The notes beneath the pieces were generated by a model. That model ran no database searches. It saw nothing but the letters and a program-made list of their open reading frames with translations, and was not told where the DNA came from. From a virus (Duplodnaviria > Caudoviricetes): DNA of 64,000 bases. Below, piece by piece: positions 44,723 to 54,677 of the stretch (positions are counted from its first letter, which is position 1; each line of letters begins with the position of its first letter). The stretch is from positions 1-64,000 of IMG/VR virus record IMGVR_UViG_3300046837_000396. One strand, written 5' to 3'. Both the position numbers and the translations under genes were made by a program.

Positions 44723-47137
44723 CTATGGCGCCGACTTCGGTCCGAACGTGAAGCGACCCTGGCCGGCTTTCTCGAGGAGCTGTTGGTTCTTCGGAGGGCG
44801 CGTCCGGTCCCACTGCGACCAATCCCGGAGCGGGAACGCGGCCGCGAGGAGTCGCTGAGTCGGCGGCCAGATCATCTTCTCCCAGAGGTAGTGACGATCG
44901 GCGTTCTGCCCGTCGTACTCGGACGCCGGGATCGCCTTCAGATTCCCTTCATCTTTCGACCCGTCCTGGATCACGTAGTCGATCTTCGACCCAATCACGA
45001 TCTGCTCGCCCCGCTCCTCGAGTAAGCGCGCAATCGTGACGTGTGGCGGAACCGCCGCCGGCGTCTGGTCCTTCTTCAGTTTCTGCTCGTACTCGTCGGT
45101 CCGCTTCGAGAGCGCCCGGGATTGCTTCACGTCGTCGACCGTCAGGGGGTCCTCGAGAACGTGGCGCTTGTAGCACTCCACCACCTCGACGTACCGGGCC
45201 GGATCCATCGCGTCAGCTCGCGCGGGTGCGCATACGATCTTGATCGCCTCGTACTGGAGCGCGCGCGCGATCTTGTTCGCGTCACCGCGCTTCCACTCGA
45301 GGCCCTTCACTTCGGGCTTCGACTTGTCGGTCGCCCAGTTCCAATCGCCCCGCTTCGCGTCCCACCCGTAGTGACGAAGCCGGCCCACGTACTTCTTCGC
45401 CGACAGGATGACGATCCGCTCGAACATCTTCTCGTACGCGAACGAGATCTTGTTCTCCTGACACCCGCACCCCCTCAGGAGATCCGGATAGAGGGACTCG
45501 TTGCACCATCGGGCGAACGCATCGAACTCGAGTTCGGTGCCGCCGACGATAAAGAGTGAATCGGTATCGCCGTACGTGGTCCGGAGGCCCTTACCGGTAT
45601 GGGGACCGGGTCGCTCCGCGGCATCCGACGTGCGCTTGATCAACCAGACGCCGTTCTGCGTCACGCCCTCCGCGATATCGCGATCGAAAAACCTCGAGTA
45701 GATCGACCCTACGACCCCGTAGAACGAATTGGCCGCGACCTTGTAGGCCATCGACTTCCGGTCAGCGTCACGCCACTCGTCCGTATTCGGAGGCAGCTCG
45801 CTCTTACGTTTCTTCCAGAAGTCGCGGAGCCGGATCAGCTCCTTGAGAGCGTCCGTCAGCATCCCGGCGATGTCGGTCCGGAACACGACCCCATTCGAGG
45901 GGGACCGGCAGAATCCCTCGGGCTGCTTCTCGGAACTCCGCTGACCGGGCGGTGTCGCGACCTTCGTGTCGGGCGACATGTTCCACGTGATCATGATGGA
46001 CGGGTACAGGCTCTTGAAGTCCCCGACGTGAACGTTCTCGATGAACCCCTTGTCCTTCGGTTCCATTACCCAGGCGCCGGCGAACTGCTGCTCGGGTTCG
46101 CGGTCCCAGATCTTCGACGGGAAGTGGGTCCCGCGTTCGACCGCCACCCGGAGCATGAACCCATCGACGAACCGGGTTGGGTTCATCCCGTAGCTGTCCG
46201 GGAAGACCCCGCAGACCTCCGAGATCGTCTGGTGAAGCGCCAGATAGCCGGTCTTCCGGTCGAGCTTCACGACGAGCGCGGAGTCCTGCCGCATGTACCG
46301 AACCATCTCGGCCCGCGACTTGTATCGGCCCTTGTCCTCCCAAGCCTCGAACGTCCGGCGAGGATCGAACTCTTCTTTCCCTTCCCCGATCATGGCCTCA
46401 CAGACCACGTTCAGCTTCAGCGATACCTTCTCGTCACCCGACTCAGCGGCGTTCCGGTTCATCCGCTCGAACAACACCATGTAGTCGAGGAACAGCCACC
46501 GGCGCTTGTCCTTCACGCGGGCCCGGACCTTCTGAACCCGAACCGGCATCAGCTGGAAGTCGAAGTCATCGCCATTCCAGGCGAGTACGAGATCGAACTC
46601 GTCGAGCGCGAGAAAAAACGCCTCCCAGAGATCCCGCTCCGCCTCGTCCGTATCGGCCTCCAGGACTCCCGTGATGTCGGTCAGGTCCGGGCGCGTGATG
46701 ACCCACGAGAGCAGGCGGGCATTCCCAATAGCGGCCTCGCGCGGCGATACCCGCGAGTCGGTTTCGAAGTCGACCACGCACCAATTCGGCCGCGCGATCT
46801 TCGCACCCGAGTCAGCGAGAAACCGCTGAACCGGTGAAAGATCAGCCTCGAACGCGACAACGCCGGCGCGGCTTAGGGGGCTATCGGGCGAGCACGCTCG
46901 TTCCCGGACCCATCGGTCACTCCACCGGATCCGGACCCAATCGCCCTCGTCCGCGACCGAACGAACGAACCGCGAACTCGAGAGTTCCCGCAGATGGGGT
47001 TCGATCTCGGCCCTCCTGTAGAAGCTCGACCACTCCGCCGGGAGTCGACGCTGCATCAGGGCGTTTGCATCGTTCCGGTAGAGCAGGACCAACTGGTCCT
47101 GCTCTACGAACGCGGTCGTCAGCGCCGGAATCACCAC
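44723..47137 (-). CDS. family B DNA polymerase with 3'-5' exonuclease
   Basis: DFET, WNGDDFDF, DFKSLYPSIM, KVAANSFYG, YGDTDS, KKY. Confidence 0.97.
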   Translation of the reverse strand: MVIPALTTAFVEQDQLVLLYRNDANALMQRRLPAEWSSFYRRAEIEPHLRELSSSRFVRSVADEGDWVRIRWSDRWVRERACSPDSPLSRAGVVAFEADLSPVQRFLADSGAKIARPNWCVVDFETDSRVSPREAAIGNARLLSWVITRPDLTDITGVLEADTDEAERDLWEAFFLALDEFDLVLAWNGDDFDFQLMPVRVQKVRARVKDKRRWLFLDYMVLFERMNRNAAESGDEKVSLKLNVVCEAMIGEGKEEFDPRRTFEAWEDKGRYKSRAEMVRYMRQDSALVVKLDRKTGYLALHQTISEVCGVFPDSYGMNPTRFVDGFMLRVAVERGTHFPSKIWDREPEQQFAGAWVMEPKDKGFIENVHVGDFKSLYPSIMITWNMSPDTKVATPPGQRSSEKQPEGFCRSPSNGVVFRTDIAGMLTDALKELIRLRDFWKKRKSELPPNTDEWRDADRKSMAYKVAANSFYGVVGSIYSRFFDRDIAEGVTQNGVWLIKRTSDAAERPGPHTGKGLRTTYGDTDSLFIVGGTELEFDAFARWCNESLYPDLLRGCGCQENKISFAYEKMFERIVILSAKKYVGRLRHYGWDAKRGDWNWATDKSKPEVKGLEWKRGDANKIARALQYEAIKIVCAPARADAMDPARYVEVVECYKRHVLEDPLTVDDVKQSRALSKRTDEYEQKLKKDQTPAAVPPHVTIARLLEERGEQIVIGSKIDYVIQDGSKDEGNLKAIPASEYDGQNADRHYLWEKMIWPPTQRLLAAAFPLRDWSQWDRTRPPKNQQLLEKAGQGRFTFGPKSAP

Positions 47138-47142
47138 GGCGA

Positions 47143-48219
47143 CTAAACCTCTGAGAGCGGATCTTCTTTCTTCACGTCGACCTTCAAAACAAGACCGGCG
47201 CTTCCTTCGAGAATCGTGAACTCCATCACGACACCGTTGTCGAGATCGAGTCGGCAGGTCGGAAGGTCCACGATCGCCTTCGCCTTCTGGGTTGGGTCGT
47301 CGCGCTTCATCAACCCGAGGTTCTTCACCCCGAGCGTTAGGGCCGCCGCGATCGCGCCAGCCGGGAGCGCGCGGCGCCCGGGGGCTCCGTCGGGCATCTC
47401 GCGCCGACCAGTCTCGCGCCGCGGAAGGTTCAGCCGCTTTACCTCAGCCTGAACTTCGCGCGACGATAGCCCTTCGCGCTCGATCTTCTCGATCAGCTTC
47501 TTTTGTTCTGCTTCGTCCGAAACCCGTAGGAGCGCGACGACCTTGTGGGTTCCGAGCTTCTTGGCCTGTTCTTCCGTGAACCGCTTCGAGATGTCCATGT
47601 ACCGGTACGCGGTCGATGGGTCGATCCCGATCTCGGTGACGACGAATTGATTGAACCCGCGGTACGACTGCTCGCCTTCTTGGTCACGGCGGAGCCTCCA
47701 GCCCTCGCTGTGAAAGACTTCCGCGATCTTCTTACCGAGGAGCCACTTCGACGCCTCGACACCCGCATTCAGCGCCAGAATATCGCGAACCGCCTCGTCG
47801 AGTTGGCGAAGCAGATTCCCCTCGTCGACCGTCAGGTCGGCCTTCTGGGCCGGTTCGGTTTTCGGCTCGGGTTTCTTCACGATCTCGGTCGAAGGTTTCG
47901 ACTGCTTCGGGCGCTTTACCTGCGTGAGCTTCTGGGGCTCCTTCGGTTTCTCCGGAACGCCCGCCTCATCGTCGCCTCGGCCGCAAAACGGACACCCCGG
48001 GAGGTCAACGTCGGAACCCGCAAGACAGAGATCGCACTCGACGAAGTTATCCGGGTTCGTGATGTTCCGGAGGTGGATCTGGAGTAGACCGGCTCGGTTC
48101 GCGAACTTCGCGCCGCGCGGGATTCCCTTCACGCCGAACTTCTTGATTGCCTCGTCGACGAGGGCCTCGTTCATGTGTTCGACCCGGAACGCCGGCGTCG
48201 CGATCGCTTCGCTACTCAT
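47143..48219 (-). CDS. DNA-binding protein with ParB/Spo0J-type HTH-like region
   Basis: GIDPSTAYRYM...HKVVALL...EQKKLIEKIEREGLSSREVQAEVK; N-terminal CxxC pairs. Confidence 0.6.
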   Translation of the reverse strand: MSSEAIATPAFRVEHMNEALVDEAIKKFGVKGIPRGAKFANRAGLLQIHLRNITNPDNFVECDLCLAGSDVDLPGCPFCGRGDDEAGVPEKPKEPQKLTQVKRPKQSKPSTEIVKKPEPKTEPAQKADLTVDEGNLLRQLDEAVRDILALNAGVEASKWLLGKKIAEVFHSEGWRLRRDQEGEQSYRGFNQFVVTEIGIDPSTAYRYMDISKRFTEEQAKKLGTHKVVALLRVSDEAEQKKLIEKIEREGLSSREVQAEVKRLNLPRRETGRREMPDGAPGRRALPAGAIAAALTLGVKNLGLMKRDDPTQKAKAIVDLPTCRLDLDNGVVMEFTILEGSAGLVLKVDVKKEDPLSEV

Positions 48220-48244
48220 CTGTCTGCCAAACCTTCCCGGCCCG

Positions 48245-48931
48245 TCAGGCCGCCATCCGTTCGATGTCCGAAACCGTGCAGCCGATATTGATCAGCGCTT
48301 GGTTGATCATTCTGGTCGCGATCGGTCCGTCGATTCCGGCGAACAGCTTCCCCGCGACCTCCCGCACCGATCCACCCGTCGCTACAAGGGCCTCGAGGAT
48401 CGAGCGATCGAACGTCGTTCTGCACCGGGCCAGTATGGCGCGAACCTCCGCAACCCGTTCTTGGATCGGTTCCGCGACGACCATGTCGGCGGGATCGAAT
48501 CCCCCTTCATCGACACCCCGCATCGACGAAAACGGGACCGCGTACCGCGATGGGTTCTTGTCGCGCGTGCCGTGCTTGTTGCACTGGCGGGCGCGGTGGG
48601 CTTCCGCTTTGCCGACAACTCCCGCCCCATAAAGTAAAAACCGCCCGATCGAAACACCACGCGAAGGATCGAATTCGGCGAACTTCTGCCAGACCGCCAC
48701 CGCCATCTCTTGCTCGACGTCCTCGGCACCCGTGGGGGCCTTCCAGCGCCGTAGAATCCAGGCCGCTTTTGCCGCCAACACGGGACGCGTTTGCTTGTAA
48801 AAACACTCGAACGTAATTCGGCCGTCTAGACAAGCTTGAGCTAATTCCTCGAACGAACCGCCGACCGGCGTGATGGTTTTGAGAGCTCGGTCGAGCGCTA
48901 CCCGCGCCCCGGGTTCGTACCGTCTCCTCAT
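48245..48931 (-). CDS. divergent sigma-70-like factor
   Basis: AEDVEQEMAVAVWQKFAEFDPSRG region 2; SVREVA HTH. Confidence 0.7.
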   Translation of the reverse strand: MRRRYEPGARVALDRALKTITPVGGSFEELAQACLDGRITFECFYKQTRPVLAAKAAWILRRWKAPTGAEDVEQEMAVAVWQKFAEFDPSRGVSIGRFLLYGAGVVGKAEAHRARQCNKHGTRDKNPSRYAVPFSSMRGVDEGGFDPADMVVAEPIQERVAEVRAILARCRTTFDRSILEALVATGGSVREVAGKLFAGIDGPIATRMINQALINIGCTVSDIERMAA

Positions 48932-49066
48932 GACAATGCGCCTACATTGTTCACGTGATCCTCTTTCTCCGGACAATCGTCCTAGGTAAAAAACTCTAGG
49001 ACCAAAAGTCCCAGTGCGCCAAGCATGACGCGCCCTGTACCTATGTAAGTCTCGCGACTTTCCCCT

Positions 49067-49096
49067 AAACTAATCGAACGCTTAACACCTCTGCAA
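49067..49096 (-). promoter_or_regulatory. sigma70-like promoter upstream of the second sigma gene
   Basis: TTGCAG-N18-TAGTTT with an A-rich upstream tract. Confidence 0.5.
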
Positions 49097-49105
49097 GTTT
49101 CTTTT

Positions 49106-49318
49106 TCAACCGACGAGCTTCGCTCGTGCGATCGCGATCGCGCGGGCAAGCCCGAGCTCGTTCGCGATCCTGATCATCTGCCGCCTGCTCACGCCAAAGT
49201 GCGTTGCCACATCGGACGTAATCCAACCGAGGAGCCTGTACTGTTCAAGAACGTCGTTCCGGGCCTGCCGTCGGTCGTACCGAACGAGCGTGCCGATGGG
49301 GGTCGGGCGGTACGACAT
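49106..49318 (-). CDS. Fis-like HTH protein
   Basis: GWITSDVATHFGVSRRQMIRIANELGL. Confidence 0.75.
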   Translation of the reverse strand: MSYRPTPIGTLVRYDRRQARNDVLEQYRLLGWITSDVATHFGVSRRQMIRIANELGLARAIAIARAKLVG

Positions 49319-49545
49319 CAGGTGTCTCGCGGCGGAGCCAGCATGGCGGTCACGATCGCCTTTTGGCGCGCGAGCTCGGCCCGGAGTCCTTTACGAGTCA
49401 CGAGCTCATGGAGGTACTTCTCATGAAGTCCGAGCAGGCGTGCCGCGCCGCTGTATGTGCAGCCTGCTTTTACGTACTGGGCGACCACGTATCGGCGAGC
49501 GGCTTCGGGATCAACATCGAACAAGTTGCCTAGGTAGGACCACAC
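49318..49545 (-). CDS. Fis-like HTH protein (paralog)
   Basis: GCTYSGAARLLGLHEKYLHELVTRKGL. Confidence 0.75.
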   Translation of the reverse strand: MWSYLGNLFDVDPEAARRYVVAQYVKAGCTYSGAARLLGLHEKYLHELVTRKGLRAELARQKAIVTAMLAPPRDT

Positions 49546-50492
49546 GATCGGATCAGTTCTCCTAGATAGGATGGCGCGACCGTTGCGGGATCGGAACCTT
49601 TCGGGAGTTCGACGCGTCCGAATTCGACATGTCGGATCAGCGCAGCCCTCATTCGGTCGGCGGCCGCCTCGCCGGCGAGATCCGGATCCGTAAGGGCCAG
49701 GACTCGTCCGAACTGCGCAAGCTTGAGGATCTGGCCGAGATTAACCTTCGAACCCGAGAGGGCCGCCACCGGGAGACCCGTCGCCCTACGGGCCGCCATC
49801 GCGTTAAGGGCTCCTTCGGTCGCGACGACCGTCTGACCGCGCCGCGCGGCGCGGTCGGGCCAGAGATGCTCGCCGAACATACAGGAGTGGTCGGGACCTT
49901 CTTCCTCCGAAGCCGACAGATACCGGACCATCGCGCCGACGAACGTGCGGGCTGTGTAGTTTCCAATCCGACCCCGTTCGTCACGAGCCGGGAATACGAT
50001 CCGGCCCTGAAGTCGCCCCTCGACCGCGTAGCCAAGCCCCCACTGTTCGACGTCGCGTTCATCGAACCCGCGCTGCTCGACCAGGTATCGACGCGGCGTT
50101 GGGGCCCACGACGCGAGCGGGAGAACCAATACGGTCGCGGGTAGCCGGAACCGCGGCGCGACTGCCGGCTGAACGTTCACGATGAGACGCTCGACCCGTT
50201 GGCCGGCCCCCATCGCGTTCTGCTCGATCCACGAAACCGCCTCACCGGGACCCGAGAACCCATAGATCCGGACGACGAGATCGATCGCGGTCCCGCCCCA
50301 CTTACAACTGTGGCAGTAGTGAACCCCGTGTTTCTCCTGGCCCGGTACGTCTTTGATTCGCCAGGACGGTCGACGGTCTGCGTGACGGCCCCCGGGGCAG
50401 GTCGCGAGCCAGGTGTCGCCGTCGTGGGTCGCCTCGACCCCGAGCTCCGCGAGGAGCTTCGGAACGTCGACCGCGAGGGGGTCGTAACTCAA
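49530..50492 (-). CDS. DnaG-type DNA primase
   Basis: CP...H...PSW...YCHSCKWGG Zn finger; GRIVFP; ATEG; DPDLAG Toprim. Confidence 0.9.
   Translation of the reverse strand: MSYDPLAVDVPKLLAELGVEATHDGDTWLATCPGGRHADRRPSWRIKDVPGQEKHGVHYCHSCKWGGTAIDLVVRIYGFSGPGEAVSWIEQNAMGAGQRVERLIVNVQPAVAPRFRLPATVLVLPLASWAPTPRRYLVEQRGFDERDVEQWGLGYAVEGRLQGRIVFPARDERGRIGNYTARTFVGAMVRYLSASEEEGPDHSCMFGEHLWPDRAARRGQTVVATEGALNAMAARRATGLPVAALSGSKVNLGQILKLAQFGRVLALTDPDLAGEAAADRMRAALIRHVEFGRVELPKGSDPATVAPSYLGELIRSCGPT
49836..49855. repeat. GC palindrome, copy 9
   Basis: 20/20 (22 with flanks); within primase, read as DRAARRG. Confidence 0.95.
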
Positions 50493-51925
50493 TCTCGCCT
50501 CCAGGACTTCTTCTCGCGCTTCGGTCCCGCGATGAAGTCCTCCATCTGCCCCCCTGCCGACTCCGCCGATGATCCAAACGGAACCTCGCGACCGCTCCAG
50601 ATCTGGGCGGTGTCGGGGTCGAAGTCGAACTCGAGCGCGATCGGCCATCGCCCGTCACGTTGCTTCAACACCAAGAGCTCAAACTTGTTGTCCGGGACCG
50701 ACTTGAAGAGCGCCGGGCGGTGCGTCCCGAACAGGTTGTCCGCGACCTCCACGTAGGCGCTCGATCCCTTCATGGTCGAACGATTCGGACGCTTGTCCTC
50801 TCGTTCTTCGACGTCCTTCAACTTCTGTTGATGATTGAAGATCCCGTGACATCGGCTCCTCTCCATCATCTCCTGCTGCCGATACAGGGCCCGCTTCTCG
50901 TCGCTCGGTGAATCTTCCTCGAGCGCTCGCTCCCAGAGGTCGGCGTAAAAGACGTCGCAGCCGGTGTCGCTCAGGTAGCCCTCGATCATGTCGAGGTTTC
51001 GCTCGTTCGACGCGCGCGAAGTCGAACGTCGAAAGGGATTCGGGAGAAACCTCACCCACTTCGAGATGAATTCCTCACGCTCCCGGAGTTGTTCAAATTG
51101 CTCGTCCGTGACGCGACCGAGCTTCACGTCGGAGCGGCTCCACTTCAGCGAGACGCACGCAAGGAACTCGAGGAGCTCTCCTGATTGGGGTTCCCACGCG
51201 CCGACCAGAACACGACGTCGTTGTCGGACCGACCCGAGGATAAAGTGAGCCCCCATCAGGGACTTCCCGGAACCCGAGACGCCCGTGATGAACGTGATCT
51301 TGCCGGGGGCGGCGCCCGGGATCAGGAGCGGTTTGCCGGTTTTTTGATCGACGAGATCGTCGAGCGACCGGATCCCAAACGGATAGATGGCGGCGCCGGC
51401 GCGACGCTTCCGGAGATCCTCCATCTGGTCGCGCACGAGCTGCTGGGGGTCGAGCAGAAGACCGCGATCACCGAATCCGTCGAACGATCTCGCGACCTGG
51501 AGCGCGAGCGCCCTTACCTTATCGGGCTCCGTCCGGGGATCCCGCATCGCGGTCACGAGTCCCTGAAGGGGTCCGATCCAAACATTTACTCGTGCGCGGT
51601 CCCACTCGAGCGTCCGGACGTGATGCTCGATGTTCGGGGGAGGGGCCGGCCGGAGCTCGATCAGCTGCGCCAGATAAGTCGAATCGACGCCGGCCGAAAG
51701 CGTCGCGAGCGTCGCGACGTCGAACCCGAGGTGCCGGCGTTCGAGCTCCCGAATGGCCGACCAGATCGCAGCGTTCTTCGGATCGTGAAAGTAGTCAGAC
51801 GGGACTCGCGAGACGAGAACCCGGCGGAGCTCGGGGGACGCGCACGCGGCCGCGACAATCACGACCTCGTTCAGCGAGTCTACTTCAAGAGTCGCTTCGC
51901 CAGCCTTCGGAGCTTCACGGGGCAT
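50489..51925 (-). CDS. DnaB-like replicative helicase
   Basis: GVSGSGKS, DKRP...KGSSAYVEVAD...HRP, KQRDG. Confidence 0.9.
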   Translation of the reverse strand: MPREAPKAGEATLEVDSLNEVVIVAAACASPELRRVLVSRVPSDYFHDPKNAAIWSAIRELERRHLGFDVATLATLSAGVDSTYLAQLIELRPAPPPNIEHHVRTLEWDRARVNVWIGPLQGLVTAMRDPRTEPDKVRALALQVARSFDGFGDRGLLLDPQQLVRDQMEDLRKRRAGAAIYPFGIRSLDDLVDQKTGKPLLIPGAAPGKITFITGVSGSGKSLMGAHFILGSVRQRRRVLVGAWEPQSGELLEFLACVSLKWSRSDVKLGRVTDEQFEQLREREEFISKWVRFLPNPFRRSTSRASNERNLDMIEGYLSDTGCDVFYADLWERALEEDSPSDEKRALYRQQEMMERSRCHGIFNHQQKLKDVEEREDKRPNRSTMKGSSAYVEVADNLFGTHRPALFKSVPDNKFELLVLKQRDGRWPIALEFDFDPDTAQIWSGREVPFGSSAESAGGQMEDFIAGPKREKKSWRRD

Positions 51926-51928
51926 CCG

Positions 51929-52234
51929 CTACGGATGACGCCGGATCTGGAGTTTGGAAGCGAGATCTTCGAGCACCTGATTCTCGGCCGACGCGATCCC
52001 GGGTAACGACATTTTGGCCGCTACCGCGCGTAGCTTCCGAACTCGCCCGCCCAAATCGACATCGACGGTTCCCTTCCGAAGATTCCCAAAAAACCACTCG
52101 CTCCACCGGCGGACCTCCCACCATCGAGGGCGGAAGATCCGCCAGAGGTTTCCTTCCCGATCCCCCATCAGGGTACCGTCCGGCACTTCGATCAGAAGCG
52201 GGCGTGGTGGTTTCGGAGGCAAGATCTTACTCAT
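51929..52234 (-). CDS. hypothetical protein
   Basis: ATGA coupling. Confidence 0.55.
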   Translation of the reverse strand: MSKILPPKPPRPLLIEVPDGTLMGDREGNLWRIFRPRWWEVRRWSEWFFGNLRKGTVDVDLGGRVRKLRAVAAKMSLPGIASAENQVLEDLASKLQIRRHP

Positions 52235-52761
52235 CGTGCAGCGTCTCGTGCGTTCGCGACCCGGTAGTCGGTCGCCATGCTGGCCGAGAAGAACCATCGC
52301 CAACCGAGCCGCACTCCACCGGTTCCCTGTTGGACTCGTTTCGCCTCGCGGCCCTGTTCACGATGCCAGGCCCACTGCATGTACCGGACTACATCCTCGA
52401 GGCTTCCGCCGAACTGATCACGAGCGAACCTCGTCGCCGCGATCGTCGCGAGTGCGTATTCCTTCCCGTCATCGAGCTCCAGCGGCGGTACCCGGTAGAC
52501 CTGCGCGTGGCAGCGCAAGTAAAGCGCGACGAGATGGCCGGGTCTGGTGCGCGACCAATCGCGTTCTTGGACGAAGTTCGCAACCTCGGACTCGTAGCGG
52601 GCGCGGTCTTTCTCGGAAGTTGGTCGAATGCCTTTTTGCTTCCGCGGTGGGGCCGACGACGCGAACTCCTCGGCCGTCATGCCGGCTTTCTTCTTTCCGG
52701 ATGCCGACTCAGCCTGAATCATCAATACGTCGAGACGCTCGTCCGTGAATCGTCGCCGCAT
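52231..52761 (-). CDS. hypothetical protein (possible replication initiator/loader)
   Basis: 176 aa; upstream of dnaB-like gene. Confidence 0.6.
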   Translation of the reverse strand: MRRRFTDERLDVLMIQAESASGKKKAGMTAEEFASSAPPRKQKGIRPTSEKDRARYESEVANFVQERDWSRTRPGHLVALYLRCHAQVYRVPPLELDDGKEYALATIAATRFARDQFGGSLEDVVRYMQWAWHREQGREAKRVQQGTGGVRLGWRWFFSASMATDYRVANARDAAR

Positions 52762-53156
52762 TACTTCCTCGAGTTGTCGCCGACGAGCAGACCGAGCTTC
52801 CGGAGGTTCGCCAGGTACGCTTGCTCCTTGCCTGGGTAGGCGCCCTTCGCAAGTTCGATCGCGGCGTTCCAGGCGCGCGCACCAGCGTCCTGGATCGTCT
52901 CGCCCGGCCGAACCTTTACCTTCACGAAGAATGGGCCGTGCTTGAAAGCGTTGAACTGGACCGGGCTGTAGGTTTCTTCGCCGTACGAGATCGTTACCTC
53001 GGTTCCCTCGTCGCCCACTAGTGGCGGTGACGTTGTGTTGTGAACGTTCGTCACAACGGTTCTGACGTCCTGTTCCGAAACCTTCTGCGGCGGCGCCTCA
53101 GCCGTCGGTTCTTTCTTCGCTTCGATCGCGGCTTTCGCCTCTGAACGCTTCAGCAT
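52761..53156 (-). CDS. hypothetical protein
   Basis: 131 aa; GGAGG SD. Confidence 0.65.
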   Translation of the reverse strand: MLKRSEAKAAIEAKKEPTAEAPPQKVSEQDVRTVVTNVHNTTSPPLVGDEGTEVTISYGEETYSPVQFNAFKHGPFFVKVKVRPGETIQDAGARAWNAAIELAKGAYPGKEQAYLANLRKLGLLVGDNSRK

Positions 53157-53157
53157 C

Positions 53158-54660
53158 TCAAGTCCTCCTGATTCCGCCCCGGTAAGCCTTCTCGCGCTTC
53201 AGATACTCGTCCGCCGGCACCCAGACCTGTCGGTCGAGCACGACAACGTCGTCGTTCCAGCGCGCGAGATTCTCGACCGCCTTCAGGCCCGTGATGGCGC
53301 GATCCCAGAGGTAATAGAGCCTCGCGCCTTCCTTGCCGGCCGAGGTCCGGCAGAACCGACCCCGGACCTGCCCGAGGAGCTGTTCGTTCCCGATATGACT
53401 ACACAGGACGGCGCGGTCGAGCGTCGGAACGTCGATCCCGGTCCCGACCGCCTTGATGGTCCCGACGACCGTTCGGATCTTCCCCGACGCCGCGTTCCGG
53501 ACCGCTTCATCGAACTCGCGTTCGTTCTCCGGTCCCCCCACCATCACGCCAGGCGGGAACCCTCGCGCCACCAGCCCCGCCGCGAGCCTCTCGCAGGCGG
53601 CACGTCGGTCAGCCAGGAGGGCGACGACGTGGCCCGCACGGGCCTCCTGGGCCGCAAGGTCGGCCGCTATCGTGATCCTACCGGGGTCGGTCGCGAGTTC
53701 ACCCTGGAGCTTCGTGTGGGCCCACCGGATCCGGAAGGGGTTCCCGGACGCCTTCGCCTGCCGGTACCAACCGGGGGGCTCGTAGCCGGTCGGGACGAGC
53801 GCGACCTGTACGTCGTGCACGATTCCCTTCTGAACGACCTCCTGCCGCGGTACCTCCGCGACGACATCACCGAAGAGGTCCCGGATCATGTACTCGCGCC
53901 CGTCGCGCCGGCGTTCGTCCTTCGAGATCCCAATCCGGTACTGGGCCGGGAACGGATCGATCGCCGCGAAGAAAGTGTCGGCGGCCGCCGTCTGGACCTC
54001 GTCAAACACAACGGTCCCGAACATCGCCATCTGGTCCTCCACGAGCGGCCGGATCGCGAGGGTCTTCTGCATCGCGACCGTCAGGGGGGCGAGCCTGCGG
54101 GTCGGGCCCTGCACGATCCCGATGTCGATCTCCCGAAGCCCACATTCTTCCCGGATGCGCTCGACCCACTGCTTCAGGAGTCCCTTCGTGTGAACGATGA
54201 CGAGCATCCAGCGCCCGACCCGACACGCGAGCGCGAGCGCGGCTGACGTTTTGCCCCCACCGGTTTCGGCCCGCAGCAGACAGTTCTGCCGGGCCATCGC
54301 GGCCACGACCATCCGTTCTTGGTGGTCCCACGGTACGCCCCCCTTCGGGTACCGGTGCCGGACCGTCATCGGGCAACCGGACGCGCGCGCGTCGACGACC
54401 CTGTACGGGACTCCGGTCGCGCTGAGGATCCGGCGGACGCGCCCCATCCCGCCCCGCGGGACCGAGATCCCGGAGGGGATCGGGCGCCACGTTACGTCGA
54501 TCTCGCCGGTCGGACCGGGCTGTCCCGGGAGCGCCGGGATTGGGTGTTCGAACTCCCGCTTGAGCGTCGGGAGGGCGGCCGTGAGCTCGTGCGGCGGCAC
54601 CGGACTCGATTCCGGGACCTCCTCGACCTCGACACGGTTCGTGACCGTCACGACCACCAT
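53158..54660 (-). CDS. SF2 helicase (UvsW/XPB-like)
   Basis: AETGGGKT, FDEVQ, RRDG, GTGIDVP, QVRGR. Confidence 0.88.
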   Translation of the reverse strand: MVVVTVTNRVEVEEVPESSPVPPHELTAALPTLKREFEHPIPALPGQPGPTGEIDVTWRPIPSGISVPRGGMGRVRRILSATGVPYRVVDARASGCPMTVRHRYPKGGVPWDHQERMVVAAMARQNCLLRAETGGGKTSAALALACRVGRWMLVIVHTKGLLKQWVERIREECGLREIDIGIVQGPTRRLAPLTVAMQKTLAIRPLVEDQMAMFGTVVFDEVQTAAADTFFAAIDPFPAQYRIGISKDERRRDGREYMIRDLFGDVVAEVPRQEVVQKGIVHDVQVALVPTGYEPPGWYRQAKASGNPFRIRWAHTKLQGELATDPGRITIAADLAAQEARAGHVVALLADRRAACERLAAGLVARGFPPGVMVGGPENEREFDEAVRNAASGKIRTVVGTIKAVGTGIDVPTLDRAVLCSHIGNEQLLGQVRGRFCRTSAGKEGARLYYLWDRAITGLKAVENLARWNDDVVVLDRQVWVPADEYLKREKAYRGGIRRT

Positions 54661-54677
54661 TGCGGCCGAGATGGCTC

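Noticed and set aside
48948-48960. TGTTCACGTGATC as a canonical parS
   Set aside because: Only the CACGTG core and a few flanking bases match the 16-bp consensus; single copy.
31356-51931. Genome-wide TAG recoding (in-frame ORFs after TAG at 31359, 40751, 44723, 51929)
   Set aside because: TAG ends conserved proteins at natural termini (clamp-like protein, PolB, TerL), and in-frame adjacency also follows TAA (19776) and TGA (56173).
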